Notes: a model not told the origin generated them from the letters alone. A stretch of 64,000 nt of DNA from Paraspadella gotoi (GCA_051294375.1 CM119265.1:19333642-19397641); one strand, 5' to 3'. Counted from the first letter of the stretch, positions 44,401 through 62,400 are shown. Numbers and translations: made by a program.

Positions 44401-44527
44401 CGAAGGCGCAGACAGCGGCGTCAGCGGCGTCGGTGCGATTGTTGGCGCCAGCAATGACGCCTTCATCGTCGACGCCGCAAAGTGACGCCGCGAAGGAAAA
44501 GAAGGAATCGTTCGATGGAAGCGACAT
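36132..44527 (-). CDS. Class A GPCR, FMRFamide/sex-peptide/proctolin-receptor-like (srw-related), 10 coding exons
   Basis: Exons 44527-44376, 42584-42448, 41974-41831, 41433-41292, 41182-41080, 40515-40425, 40363-40192, 38617-38490, 37937-37797, 36355-36132; all GT-AG and in phase. Motifs GLVGNTL (TM1), LATTD (TM2), WITVYLCIERYVAVCRP (TM3), YTAPRFFE (TM4), LLNILNAKIV (TM5), FIICRIP (TM6), INSSANFF (TM7); ends AQETHL*. Confidence 0.93.
38440..38483 (+). repeat. (ATC)n microsatellite abutting the GPCR exon 8 donor
   Basis: catcatcatc... run ending at acttac (donor on -). Confidence 0.92.
39008..40036 (+). CDS. Probable PKD1L terminal exons (39008-39198, 40000-40036) inside a GPCR intron
   Basis: ccctcag|VAPRSKKQEQPFDHSEKEPTLSALDAGTVNYDIERTMRKEEIKKKEVMKHIGIERGKGVIQDR(AT)|gtacga ... 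pyrimidine tract-ccaag|(G)CQVKNYRPDSK*; phase 0 entry matches the 33553 donor; phase 2 junction is consistent. Confidence 0.55.
43121..43870 (-). mobile_element. Non-autonomous miniature LTR element (TRIM) in GPCR intron 1
   Basis: Two 255-bp direct repeats (43121-43375, 43616-43870; 3 differences seen), termini TGTGGC...GCCATA on -, TSD GTGT (43117-43120, 43871-43874), PBS-like TGGTGAGCCC 2 nt after the 5' LTR, 240-bp non-coding interior. Confidence 0.9.
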
Positions 44528-44974
44528 CTTTGATGCTGAGAGAAAACGAAAAATGAAAAATTTTAAACTGTCGCTAAGAGTGATTTTTTAAAATTATTAC
44601 TTGAGTGAAAACAGTTTTATGGACAAAAAAAATGTTACACAGCCATTATGTTTCCAAATGATTGACAATTATTTTAAAAGAAAGATCGAGAAAAATAAAA
44701 GCGATTGATAAAATGATAAAAAGTATAAGATTAATTGCCACTTGAAGTTGTGCGATTTCGCAACGTAAAATATTTCAAAGTTGATCTAATAACCTTAAAC
44801 TGCAAAACAAACAAAAAATAATTAGGGTTGGAACTTTAAGTTCGAACAATTACATAAAAAAAATTGGAAAACCAAGCACGTCGGTGAAAATTGGCGAAGA
44901 GTCACCGGGAATTTAAAAAAAAATGTGAAGAAGAAATGAGAGGCGGAGAAACTGAGGAAAAGAAGGAAAAGGAA

Positions 44975-45008
<34 letters not shown>

Positions 45009-45819
45009 CGTTCGAAGAGGAAGAGAAGAAAGGAGGGTCAGGAAGAAAAGAAGGCAGCGGAAGTGGTAAGGAAAACGAGAGGAGGAAAACAAGTTTGAGA
45101 TGGAGAGAGAGGAGGAAAGAAAAAAAAATAGTGAGACTCACGAAAGTTGATACCGCCCTCCTACCCTGCCCTCTCACCGGCAAAACCTTCACAGTTTTGC
45201 CGCTTTGCTTACCTCACAGTTTCATTTTTCTTCCTTCTATTTTCTACCACGAAAATCGGGATTTATCTTCTGAATTTTGTCTTCTTCTTGCAGCTTTTTT
45301 ATTCCTTTCCATTTTTCTGTCACCATACTCTATTCTCCATCTATTCTTACTTTCCGAGCTTACCTTATATAATGGAAGCTGGATTTCTTTTCCCCTTTGC
45401 CTCTCTTTTCAACTCTAATCTCTCAGCGAATAAAAAATAAAGCTGCGGTGTAGCTCTTTGCTTTTTGTCTCGTGACTAAAAAGTTATGTCCTAGTTTGGT
45501 ATTAATTAAAATTGGTTCAGTCTAATTCCATTTGATGTATATCAACATTTCAATTCATATGGCTTAAAAACTAAACAAACATTTACAGAGTTTCTACTTA
45601 TTCCTAAATTTATGTCGTTCAGATTTGCGAAAAAAACTTTGGTCTCAGTCATTATGAGGCGTTTTTCGCCTCGTGACGATAAACCATGAGCTTTGCGGTT
45701 TAGCTAAGATTTTCTTCGGACTGCATGGCTTTTTAGAGATAAATTGTAAACAGCAAAAAAAAATCCTATTTACATTGCGAATTTTACATTTGTTTAGTCT
45801 GGTAATACAACTTATCTGG

Positions 45820-49870
<4,051 letters not shown>

Positions 49871-50950
49871 TCGTGGTTCATGACATAGTACCATTTATGA
49901 CAAGACGCAAATTTCCTCGTGACCCCAGAAGCGCCCCGAATGTCAACCGTTCCTCTTTATTCCTCCTTTTTATTTCTTTTCTTTTTTACCCCTTTTTTTT
50001 TTATCTCCCATTTTTTTCTCCTGTCGGCGACTGCGGTCGTGTTTTTTCCCCTTTTAATCCTCTTCCTCCTTTTTTTCGGGGAGTAACAACATCCGCAACG
50101 CGTGACGAAAGTGCATCACGTGACGATATAAGATTATTAGACATTTTTAGATTAATTGAGTTTCACTTTTGTCGTTAGCTAAAGTGTTTCAATCTCTTAT
50201 GATAATTGCTTTGGCAATTTCTCGAATGCACCAATTTTAGTTTTAAATAGTAAAACAAGTAATTTTGCCATTTTCAAACATGCTACTACACAATAAGACT
50301 CACCTCGCCACTCTTAAAAAACAAACGATTTCGAAATGCCCTTTACAAAAGTGATCACAGTGATCTTTATTACTTCTTCCCAATGATCCCCTCACCCTTC
50401 CTTAGCAAATATCCCCCCCCTTCTGAGGTCCCCAGTTCATCGACCGAGATTCCATATGCGGGTTTTCGAGCAAACAAATTCGGTTGCCTCTCTCCACTCT
50501 CGAGTGGAGATAACAAGACGCCCTTTGATGAGTTTGGAACGAAAAAAGTGCGTCTTGGTGAACAGGTTCAGGCTTGTTGAGTTAGAAATTAGAGAAAATC
50601 ACAGAGTAAAATATTAATATAAATTTGAAAATTTAACGAAAATAAATACAATCAGACGTAAGAGTACAATGATATTTGTTATCATGTTAGGCAATTGTAA
50701 ATGAAACAACATCATCACTCCTTGATAAATATAAAGTTTTAAATATTTGATAATTTAGCGCCTAAATTCGATATGCATATTGCATAAAGGATTCATTAAC
50801 TATAAATGTTTTAAATGTACCCGGTTTGTCTTATTCACCACTTCAAAGAAAAATGGACATGAGCTTACCAAGATTAATCTTTGTGGTGAGGATGAATAAA
50901 AAAACTAATAGATTCTTTTGGGAGTCACAAAGAAGAGAGGAGTGAGGAGA

Positions 50951-50989
<39 letters not shown>

Positions 50990-53900
50990 ACGGAATCGAA
51001 CGCAATCCCTCAATGAATAACTGGAAGAGAAAACCTTTTCTAGTTCATACCTGGTATGCAATTTTAGTTTGCCATGCTGCATCGAGCAACATCAAATATA
51101 ATTAAAACCTAACCCAGTGCTGCAGGGAAAACTCATCTGATTCATTCAACTTTAATATCATTTATTTCTTATTCGAGTCTTATACTTCAGTTTCCTGCTT
51201 TCCTTCTCCGCCTGAGTTAAAGAATCATTTTTTCTTCAGACAATTTTTCTCTTTAGTCTTTTGTTTTCCCAATGATATTTTTCCATTTATATTAAGATCG
51301 AGTAAAAGTTCAACGAATTCACTTTTATTCACTTTTATCTTGATTATCTTATGTTATGTCTTCGCAAATCCACTGTGACTCTTGCTAAGATAATGGAAAG
51401 GAAAGCAGACGGGTGTTCGTGAAGTGGTGCTTTGAAGTCATGTTAGAAAAGCCGTTTCGAGGAAAAAAGTTATTGATGCTCTCTAACCTATAAGAGACAT
51501 TGTTCCTTAAAAATATTGAATAAAGAAATAGTAGCGTTTGATGAAAACATCGGAAACAGTGAGGGACAATGATGTAAACATCAGTAAAACCGGACGTGCG
51601 ACAAGTACGAAGTGAAAAAGTTATAGTAGACGGTATTTGTTTGGATCATTCATTCGAAATGAGCATCGAAAGATTACACCCAAGGAATCCATAAGAATAA
51701 AACCCGACGATTTTAAGTAAACAGATTTCACGGGCATCGAGGGGGAAAATATTTGGCGTATCTCTCCTCCCCCCCCATAATATCCCCTTCCTCACGGAAA
51801 AAGGAAATGAGAAAAAAAGTGTGGATTCGATTCTTCGATAAATCTGTCGCCGGCAAGAATGCCTCCTACCGGCACGGCCGCCGGAGCCGCTGCCGCTGCC
51901 GACGTCGTCTTCCGCCGCTGCCGTCTGCCGTCGCTATGGTCGATATTCGGCTGACTCTGTCGCTAAGCCTCTCACCGCCACAGCCGCTTATGCCACCTCC
52001 GCCGCCAAAAGACGCTCCGTCACTCCAGGACCATTTTTTCCACTTAAGTCGATAGAAATATAAGACTTTCCCCATCAACTTTGGGCTTTTCGAGGTTTTC
52101 GAGTTGAGAGAGGCGGTATTAGAATTGTACGAAAAAGTCGGACTTGTTATTCAGCACTCTTCAATACTTTTCATGAGAAAATACTAACGATCTTCTATAA
52201 ATAAGTTTTAGGTACACAAACAAAAGATCAACACATGACGAAACTATGGAAAAACAAGCAACTGTCTTTCTTCAAATTCTTGCTTGTTTTGGAAACCCTC
52301 TCCTGCTCTCCCCTATCCTCATCCGTCTCGATCATCCACCTCCTCTCTTCTAGTCTCTTCTTCTCCAGCATGTCGTTTTGAAAATTTGTTAAAAGCATCT
52401 CGATGATTCAAATACATTTTAATCTTACTGTGCGCCTGATAAGTCTCAACATGTACATTATTTGTTTCTGTTTTAAAATCGTTGTTTTAACACAAAACAA
52501 AATGGTCTTCTTTCTCAAGACCTAATTCAACAACTCAACGAAACAACCATTCACACCATACTATTTCTTCTTGAAACTAACAACTTTAAATGCTAATTAA
52601 TTAATACAAATTTGTTGTATTGTTATATATTTTTACCTATATTGCTATTTTGTTCCTTCTTTCTTCCATTTTTTTTTGCCCTTAGTTTCTTCTACTGAAC
52701 TATATCCTAATAATATTAAGCGCTTTTATGATGTTCAATTCTTCATAAATTGTCTCTGTGGTTTGCTGTTGCCTATTTCCTTGTGAATTTTATTTGAACC
52801 GAATTGCGTATTAATCATTTAATGTTATTATAAATATTGTATATATAGTATTGTTCTGTCTTGTTTTTTTGCCAAAAATTTCTAAATTAAAATTATTCTG
52901 TTGGATAAGTTATGCGTTTCACAATTAATTATTGTTTCAACTGCAGGTGCACTGAATGTCCTCGAGTTCAGTTTTACATGACCTTTAGTCACAAAGATTC
53001 CTTTTCCACCAAGAATTCCCCGTTATAATCCTCTGTTGTCGTTGTATTGTCGTCATTTCATCAGTTTATGAGATCTTTCCTGTAATTTAAATAACGATTT
53101 TTTCAAGTACATTCGTGTACATTTGTCCCCTCTTTGTGTATTGTCTCCAACAATTCTCTCGTGAACCAAATATCATACAAATCCATTGTGCATAAGCAGT
53201 ATAATAAATCTTTTTCTAGTTTTTTAATGTATTAAGTGTATCAAAACTTGAAGCATAATTTTTGGTCATAAAATTTTAACAAATCAAGCCATTTTATATC
53301 TTAAAAAGAGTAAGAGGTATCTTTACTCAGTTTAAAGGGGTGTTGAGTGTCTGCCAATCCTTCAAGAGAGGCTCTCATTGAACCTTACGCTTAATTCATG
53401 CCAATTTTTTGATACTTGACCAATTTTTGTATCATTTTACATCAGCCGGAAGCTAAGATTATCCTAAAAATGTATATTTAAAATAGTTATTTTATTAAAA
53501 TAAAAAAAGGAACAGTGTACTAATTATCCTCCAGGATGTAACCACACCACTAAATAAAATCAAATGTTGTTGATTTAGTATAGAGGAATCATATTAGTTG
53601 TAAAACTATGTCAAGTAAGAGATTCTACCCTGAATTGGTTAATAAGTATAAGCATATGATGTTATTTCAACTCCACATCCTCCAGCGTTTGCGCTGTGGA
53701 GCCAGTGTTGTGAAGGCTGTGAATCAAAATGAGCATTGCCAAATGATGTGGAAATAATTTGATGAGTTCCTTCAGCGTACATAAAAGTTGAGTGACGGAA
53801 TTAAAACAAGTCAATTTTTAAACAATTAATTTTTTAGTCAAAGGTGTGCCAAAAATCTTAAGCGAGGGTAGTGCCCTCAGGGTGGTGAAGCAAATTCGAT

Positions 53901-55681
53901 GAGATTTGGGCAAACATACTTTATACCCCCACATATTGTGCCGATGTAAATTGAGCTACATGTTTTAAAAATTTGCACACCCTACTACCCCCCTAGACCC
54001 CTCGCCGTCCTTTAATAACCCTNNNNNNNNNNNNNNNNNNNNNNNNNATTTGACAGTTAAAACGATAAAAAGATAAAAAGATAAAACGATAAAAAGAAAG
54101 AAAGGAAGAGGCACCAAAGATGTCGAAAAAAGGGAAGGGATGAGAGAGAGAGAGAGANNNNNNNNNNNNNNNNNNNNNNNNNNNNNNNNNNNNNNNNNNN
54201 NNNNNNNNNNNNNNNNNNNNNNNNNNNNNNNNNNNNNNNNNNNNNNNNNNNNNNNNNNNNNNNNNNNNNNNNNNNNNNNNNNNNNNNNNNNNNNNNNNNN
54301 NNNNNNNNNNNNNNNNNNNNNNNNNNNNNAATTATGACTGACTTTCCTGATGCAAGCGAAATGAGGCAAGTGAGGGGCAACAGGTAGATTCAACGAGAAA
54401 TGTTAAATTGGAATGATTACATTCTATTCGTAATTTGAATGCGTGATTTCCAAAAATATACTCTTAAAATTGGCGCAACGATATATGTTTTAAGTTAATA
54501 GTTTCTAGTTAAAAGACCTTTAAAAAAGACTTAGAAATACTTTCTGTAAGTTTTCGACGCAACCTTGCAGGAAACAATGGAGATTTTGCCCTCCCAACTA
54601 TACGGGATAATCATAATTTCATTGGCCACAAAAAAGGCACTGTAAAATAACTATATTCTTCGATTACTTTTTTTTTCTAAATAGGGTTAAAAGGTAAAAC
54701 TAAAAGGTTAAAATGAAAAAAATTCAATAAGTACTCCAATTATATTTACATTTAAAACACGGCCCATCAATAATTAATAAAATTCAAACAGCCCACCCCA
54801 AAATAAATATAGGCCACAACGTGGCCTTACAAAATTAATTTTGATTATTTTTTTTTATTTTATTTTTTTTAATTTTATATTAATTTAGAATTTTTTTAAT
54901 TAAAAAAAAAAAAAATCAGTTGACGTTTGTTAAGAAAATCATTCCCGTATTAGTTTGAAAAGTTACAAAGTAACTAAGCATTAAAGTTTAAACAAATATG
55001 AAATCTATACCACTTTGTAGAGCAGACAAAATGCTACATTTTGTATACTATAATTTTTAAATTTAACTAAGTATTATTTGATTGTGAATTCGTAAAACTT
55101 TAAAAGGTAAATAAATCATAAGTTGATCGACAAATTTGAAGACTTAATAGGTTCCGAGAAGTTAATAACCAAGACGGCAAGACACGTATTAAAATTATGC
55201 AAAAATTGATATCGTCGTAAATGCAAGACGGCGGGCTACAAAATGAGTCACAATTTAGGTCTCAAGGATTCTGGGATATCTCCACAGAAAATGTTACTTA
55301 CGAGAAAAATCAAACTATATCAAATAATACATAGTAGGAGTTGGTCAGAGGGACAGATGGACTTCGAAAACTCTCTAATAACGAGAGTTCATAAATTGGC
55401 CTATATATAAGGCGAGATATTGATTTACAACTGCTTCTTAGTGTACCAAGCAAAGAAAACAGAAAAATATNNNNNNNNNNTTATTTTCTAAATTCTATCA
55501 TATAAAGTGGCTGTTAGGAGAGGATTTGACTGTATATTTTTTTTAGCTGCGACTAAATTAAAATTGTTTTAACTCTTCTCAAAAAGAATCGTCATTAACG
55601 CAATTTGTGTTTCAGTTTTTTATCATGGAAGTTGTGTGACACATTTTGACGACGAGAAATGTTAGTAAACAATATTTATTC

Positions 55682-55712
<31 letters not shown>

Positions 55713-55820
55713 AAACAATAATCATTTATTACAATGATGAATTTTTTTTTAAATATATTTTTTCTACTACTTAAACAAGTTTAAGCAAACAATGTAGGAA
55801 CTGCCCAAGATCATTATCGG

Positions 55821-56070
55821 TAATTAATTAATTAATTAATTAATTAATTAATTAATTAATTAATTAATTAATTAATTAATAATTAATTAATAATTAATTA
55901 ATAATTAATTAATAATTAATTAATTATTTAATTAATTAATAATTAATTTATTCAAGTTAATTATTTAATTAATGAGGCAATTAATTAATTAATTTAATCC
56001 AAAATGTTTGTTTTGATTGATTAATTGACTGATTAAATAATTATTGATTAATTAATTGACTAATTGACTC
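55821..56070. repeat. (TTAA)n / AT-rich simple repeat
   Basis: Tandem TAAT units degenerating rightwards. Confidence 0.92.
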
Positions 56071-58011
56071 AATTTCTTTTATAGAATTATAAATTAAGTA
56101 CTTTATTTTAAAAAAAAATTTAAATGATTATGGTATTTCATCTGGAAATATGTACAAGATAGCCCTAATTGAAAGAGTTAATGCAATGAAATACCTAGAA
56201 AAAAAAATCTTAAAAAAGAAATACCTAGAATTTAATTAGTCAACTAATCTTTAGTCTGATTTAATATTATTTTATGTATCTTCAAATTGTATTATCAATG
56301 CTTGAAAAACACCTAATAAGGCTATACATTTGAAGATTTTTTACAGCTGTGTGTCGCGGCCAACATGGATATGAGGTGAAAGAAATATGAGCCAACTAAA
56401 TGTAAATTTATTTAACGGAATTTAATTTAATAAATTAAAACTCTTGGGTACCCTGACATTTTTAAAAAGTTTTAACCACACAAAGAATATAATTTTATTA
56501 GATATAAATAAAAACTGTCTTTATTCCCTAGATTGCTGATAATTTTTACGTTGTTATTTTGCTGCAAAACATATACCCAAAAATGTATAATGATAAGGTG
56601 TTATAGTAAAGGGAAGAGGGACCACAACGCTAATAATAGAAATAAAAAACTACAATCAAAATATTTATATATATAAGCACGCAAATCAACAAAAAGAGAC
56701 GCTAATATTAAAATAATAATATAATAATATAACAATAAAATAGATAGATTAATCTGGTAATTAAGTCATTTAATTTTATATTCTTTATTTTATTTACTGA
56801 GAGCGTGATCATCTTTAAAACTTGATGAACTCGTTCACTTGATTTAGATGTGCTTTTTATTGTTTTTTTTTTTTTTATCATTCTAACATTATCATTTATT
56901 ATCCAATCTTTGGACCACTTCTCACTTAGAGCCTTTTCATTCGAAATAAAAATGATTTTGAATTGAAAAAGAAAGATGAAAAGTCCTTGAAACCGGGAAA
57001 GGTTTTATATTTTTCCTGTTGAATCGAATATGCAAATGAACTACTTAAAAAAAAATCTTTTACGCGAAATGGAATCTTTTTTTCATTTCGATTCCATTCG
57101 GGTTGAAATATTTTAAGAAAAAAAGTGAGAAAGGCGAGTCGCATCGGAGCGAATACGAAATTTAAAATTATAATTTAAAAAGCCGCATTAGTTATATATA
57201 CACGACAGGCAATAATATGTAAAATTTTAAAAATGTGACGGCGGCATCGGTGACGATTCTGAAATTGTAGGCGGCCATTGTAAAAAAAAAAATGTTCGAC
57301 GAATCGAAGGAGGAAAAGCTAATGTTTATTTTTAAAGTTTATTCGATTTTTTTTTCTCAGAGAAATAAATATCGTCAATGTTAAAACATTAGTAGTCAAG
57401 CTTGTTGTTGTCGAATAATAGCTTCTTTTATTAAAGAGAAAAATGAGTTTTTAAAGACTTGAATGAAAAGAATTTCTGTCGAAAAGCTGAAATTGACTTT
57501 CCAAAAAAATATCGACGTAAAAAAACAAAATATCACTTAACAAAACAAAAAAAAAACGGAAAAAAAAGTTCTCGTTCGATAAAATAATTCTTAGTTGTAA
57601 ATTTTTCATACATAAATCTCTCATTTGTCATCAATTATTTGGCTCTCCATTTTTCACTCGAAATTTTTTTTTGTCGATGTACATGACGGGCCGATTATAT
57701 TCCGTTTAAAGACTTTAATATTAAAGTTTTAGAAAATAATCGTTATTTTGTGACGAAAAGTTAATTCACTTATCGAAGACATAGTTCTCAAAGATAAATC
57801 ATGAACCTCCTTTTCTTTCTAAAAGACAAAACTGTGACATGGTTGCGTTTTAGGTTTTACTTCCTTCATAGCAGTGGAGAGACAAAAAATATCTCTAATC
57901 TTTGGAGNNNNNNNNNNNNNNNNNNNNNNNNNAAAACGAGAGAGAGAGAGGAGAGAGAGGAGAAGAATGGAGGAAAGGGGAGAGAGGGGAGCACGAGAGT
58001 GAGAGAGAGAA

Positions 58012-58042
<31 letters not shown>

Positions 58043-58431
58043 GAGAGAAAGAGAGGAGAGGAGAGAGGAGAGAGAGAGAGAGAGAATGCGACACGGCGAG
58101 AAAGAGACTCCTTATCTGAGTGCGTAATTTTTCAGACCGTAGCGCCTCCTAATAAATTTGCCAATGATGACTCCCGACAACGACGACCGAAAAAGCCGCC
58201 GACTTCAAAGGCGACGACGACGACGAAAACGACGATAACGACGAAAACGACGATAACGACGATAACGACAATCAGATTCGCAATAAATTTATCAATAAAA
58301 GATTCCTGTTTAGAATTCAAGCTTGAAATTCTTTCTTTCTCTGCCCCACAGATGGTTATTAGAATAAAAAAATGAAACTGAGAAAAAAAAGATGGCGTCG
58401 AAAAGAGAGAGAGAAGAGAGAGAGGAGAGAG

Positions 58432-58466
<35 letters not shown>

Positions 58467-58619
58467 GAGGACAGAGAGACAGAGAGAGGAAGAGCCAGAA
58501 AGAAAAAATATTCTTCTTCGGCCATATTTACCTAAATAAAAAGAAAGAAATTTTTATTCACGTTTTAGTCGCTTCGTCCACCAAATTTATTTAATTTAGG
58601 TGTAAAGATTCTGATTATA

Positions 58620-59400
58620 TGTAGGTTCGGGCATTGCCTAGCGTTCACCCCGCCTATAGCATGACAACCTTCAGTCCTGACCCGGTGGCTCCTTTGAAGT
58701 AAACCCATCAGTCCCCTCGATGACCACTATGGTACCGGTTCATCCCACGACTCGCCTGTACGTCGCCTATCCTGTGGGGAGCCGTGAGGACGGGTTAATG
58801 CCGCCCTTTGGCGGGAGTTGGCAACCCTCAAGCCTGGTTCCCACTAGCCAGGACCCGTTTTCCGATGGCCTAACAAAGAGAGTGTTAAGCGTTGAGTAGA
58901 TATATAGATTTTAACATTTCAGCCCACAATATAGACAGACTACTTCATTTCAACTGGCGTGTAGCCCATCCTGCTCCGCAGCGTCATCTCCAACCTTCTC
59001 GATCCCACGGCCCATCGGCGACGTGCTGGAGAGATCTGGCTCTTCCCCTCTCCGCACTGTCGAAGCCAGTCTGCAGCGGTGGTTTACCAATCCTGGGGGC
59101 AATGTCGATCGGGCCTATTCGCCTCAGGTCTCCCCACTCATAAGCAATCCCTTCAGTCTCACCGGCTGCTCACTTGAAATCAAAGCTGTGCGTCCAGCTT
59201 CATGTAAGCCGCGCAACCGCTGAATGGTACCCGGAGTGTTCCAATCCCAAACGCCGTCAAGGCCTCTTCCCTCGAAGCCACGCACAACGAAGACGAAAAG
59301 ATGGCGTCCGTGCAAGCACGCAGAACGCTTTCAAAAAGCCCACGTGTTGAAAATATCTGTATTCTGACTCCAAAATAAGAGAATGACGAAAGGATACCTA
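58620..59400 (+). mobile_element. Second TRIM-like element (divergent family), 3' half in noisy sequence
   Basis: GC-rich repeat starting TGTAGGTTCGGGCATTGCC (58620) recurs degenerately from 59103 (TGTCGATCGGGCCTATTCGCC..CCTTCAGTCTCACCGGCTGCTCACTTGAA), preceded by GGGGGCAA; TATA on both flanks (58616-58619, 59401-59404). Confidence 0.55.
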
Positions 59401-62400
59401 TATAGTCCCAATGTTGGGAAAGTGTATCTTCATACGAAAGAGAACTCAGACTCCGAATAAAGCCCGCAACCTTATTTTCCGCTAAACAGGTCGCTGTAGG
59501 AGCTAAAACGTCCCGAGTCGCCGCGCAAACGTCCGGTGCTGCACAGGCCAGAAGACGTCTGCCTTTACGCGACCCGTGTCTCTTTGTCGTGTGTGCGTTG
59601 CTCGTAACTAAAAGGGCGGTTATAGAAGTTTAACGGATAAGGTCCATCTTCCAGGGCCATTTGCCTGTTAGCGGTCTTTAAAAATTTCCCACAGGGTTTC
59701 TATACAATTGTTATCCTTGTTTATTTTTCCTGGTCTTTTATTATTGTCTTTTTTTGAGTTTCGAAAGATTGGTTGTGTGTGCGCGCAAGAAAGCAAGGCG
59801 GGGAAGAGGAGTAGGTTTCCTCTTCGTTTTTCCTTTTTCTTCGACGGAGCATCTCCGCGTGATTTGCATGTAGCAGCACATTATCCTGCAACACTTTATG
59901 GTGTAGGATGCCTGGCGAATGTAAAACTAATATTGCATCAGTAACTTATCTTGACAATAACATTCCTCCCAAAAAAGACAATAAAATCTCTCGTACTCTT
60001 AATGCTCCTCCACACTTCGGCTCTCGTCTCACGACACTAATTCTTCCCACCGTGGTATAGACCATTACTTTCTCTAGTACTTCCCGCTCATACCCTTCTG
60101 ACATCTTAGAAACGCATTCCTATGTCCCTGACATCCGTCAGTGCTGCTCTCCCTGCGCATTTTCTCATCTTCCTATTTTCCTCGGTATCTCATCCTACTG
60201 ATTCGGCTCCTTGTTGCTATCCGAATCCACTTCAGTGTACTCAACCGCCTGCTTACTGAACATGTACAACGTTTCACGCGATCTGATGGAGACACACTCT
60301 ATCTGTCAGACTAACATTCACTCGTTTCTTGGATGACATATTGTATGTGTTGGCTTTTCTTCTTGCAGTATCTCGCGTGTCCAAAACTCAAATACTCCTC
60401 CTGAAATAACCCATAGGTCTAATTAGGTCGGCCTCTCTCGTCTGTGCAGCTAAGTGACGCAATCTCATTTTGTTTCGTAAGGCTCCTCTCGCTCGTCGTC
60501 TCTCTTCATCTCTCTCTCCCGTCGTGTTAACTCAGTACCTCCTCTCGCCAACAATCTCATCCCTTCATATGCGAGTTCTCTTCTCCCTCGTCGTGGCTAC
60601 TGCTCCTGTGCAATAAATGAGCCACTTCGAAATGAGTCCTCCAATCCTCGTGCCCTCCCCCGTCCCCTACCCCATATCCACCTACGCCTAAATACATTCG
60701 TCTAACACCAGCTAAGTGTCTGCACTCCTCACCTCCGTATTCCCCAGCATACTTTACAGCATAATGTTTATAGAGCCATCCTCATCTCTCTTTCTTCGCT
60801 TCTGATAGTCATCTTCAGCCCACTTAGCGCCTTATCCACATATACATGTTATCTTTTTATTTTTTCTGTCTTTAATTTTTTTTTAAATTGTACACTAGCT
60901 CTACCCGATATACACCATTTCTCAAATGGTTAACTTGTTAACCAACTCTTATCGATCTTTCCAAACAAACTTGTTTTCCGTCGCCAGATTTCGTTTGCAT
61001 TTCTCTCATCTTACCTTCACAAACAGATCATCATCACCGCATCATTCTTTTCTTATCTCATGCTACTTGGATTCGCTCCCGAGTTTCGAACCACATCTTC
61101 ACTTAGCAAAACATCACGCGTCCCTCCTCAAAAACTCATTCATGTTTTGGTTTGGTTTGGTTGTTCCATTCCTTACCATNNNNNNNNNNNNNNNNNNNNN
61201 NNNNNNNNNNNNNNNNNNNNNNNNNNNNNNNNNNNNNNNNNNNNNNNNNNNNNNNNNNNNNNNNNNNNNNNNNNNNNNNNNNNNNNNNNNNNNNNNNNNN
61301 NNNNNNNNNNNNNNNNNNNNNNNNNNNNNNNNNNNNNNNNNNNNNNNNNNNNNNNNNNNNNNNNNNNNNNNNNNNNNNNNNNNNNNNNNNNNNNNNNNNN
61401 NNNNNNNNNNNNNNNNNNNNNNNNNNNNNNNNNNNNNNNNNNNNNNNNNNNNNNNNNNNNNNNNNNNNNNNNNNNNNNNNNNNNNNNNNNNNNNNNNNNN
61501 NNNNNNNNNNNNNNNNNNNNNNNNNNNNNNNNNNNNNNNNNNNNNNNNNNNNNNNNNNNNNNNNNNNNNNNNNNNNNNNNNNNNNNNNNNNNNNNNNNNN
61601 NNNNNNNNNNNNNNNNNNNNNNNNNNNNNNNNNNNNNNNNNNNNNNNNNNNNNNNNNNNNNNNNNNNNNNNNNNNTTCCATTTCAGTTTCTCCTTTTTCT
61701 CTTCTCCTCTTCCTTCCTTTCTTCTTCGTATATACCATCGCAGGAGACTGATCTGCACTCCTGCGTGTCTCACCGTCACTTTATTATTCTCAGAATTTTT
61801 ATTATTTTTTATTATTTATTATTTATTATTCTCGTTCTGATTTCATCCAAGAAATCCATGAGTTTTTCCTTAAATGATACAACTAAGTAACAAGCGAGTT
61901 CAATCGTTATTCCCTATTTACACTAACAAAATACAGTACGCACTTACGAAATACTTCCTTCTGTCAAAATTAATGTAGGTAGTTCAATAATATCNNNNNN
62001 NNNNNNNNNNNNNNNNNNNNNNNNNNNNNNNNNNNNNNNNNNNNNNNNNNNNNNNNNNNNNNNNNNNNNNNNNNNNNNNNNNNNNNNNNNNNNNNNNNNN
62101 NNNNNNNNNNNNNNNNNNNNNNNNNNNNNNNNNNNNNNNNNNNNNNNNNNNNNNNNNNNNNNNNNNNNNNNNNNNNNNNNNNNNNNNNNNNNNNNNNNNN
62201 NNNNNNNNNNNNNNNNNNNNNNNNNNNNNNNNNNNNNNNNNNNNNNNNNNNNNNNNNNNNNNNNNNNNNNNNNNNNNNNNNNNNNNNNNNNNNNNNNNNN
62301 CTCCCTCCCCCCTTTATTTCCATGCCTCCCTTTCCTCCTAATGCTTCTCCGACTCGATACTCTCACAAAGAAATCTCATTAAACGACGCTTTTACAGGTG

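Noticed and set aside
51840-52050. GC-rich island as a coding exon
   Set aside because: No convincing splice pair or protein motif
58135-58326. Acidic repeat followed by KR-FLFRIQA* resembling a neuropeptide precursor end
   Set aside because: That frame has two stops just upstream and no compatible acceptor; explained by (GAC/GAT/AAC)n repeats
58620-58860. HDV-like (GCG-TTCACCC-CGC) and twister-like (TAATGCCGC..CAAGCC) motifs in the second LTR
   Set aside because: Required P1/P1.1/P2 or pseudoknot partners could not be built; the segments fold as plain hairpins
59950-60850. Pyrimidine-skewed unique-looking sequence
   Set aside because: Looks like low-accuracy read fill before a gap; no ORF, repeat or structure can be supported
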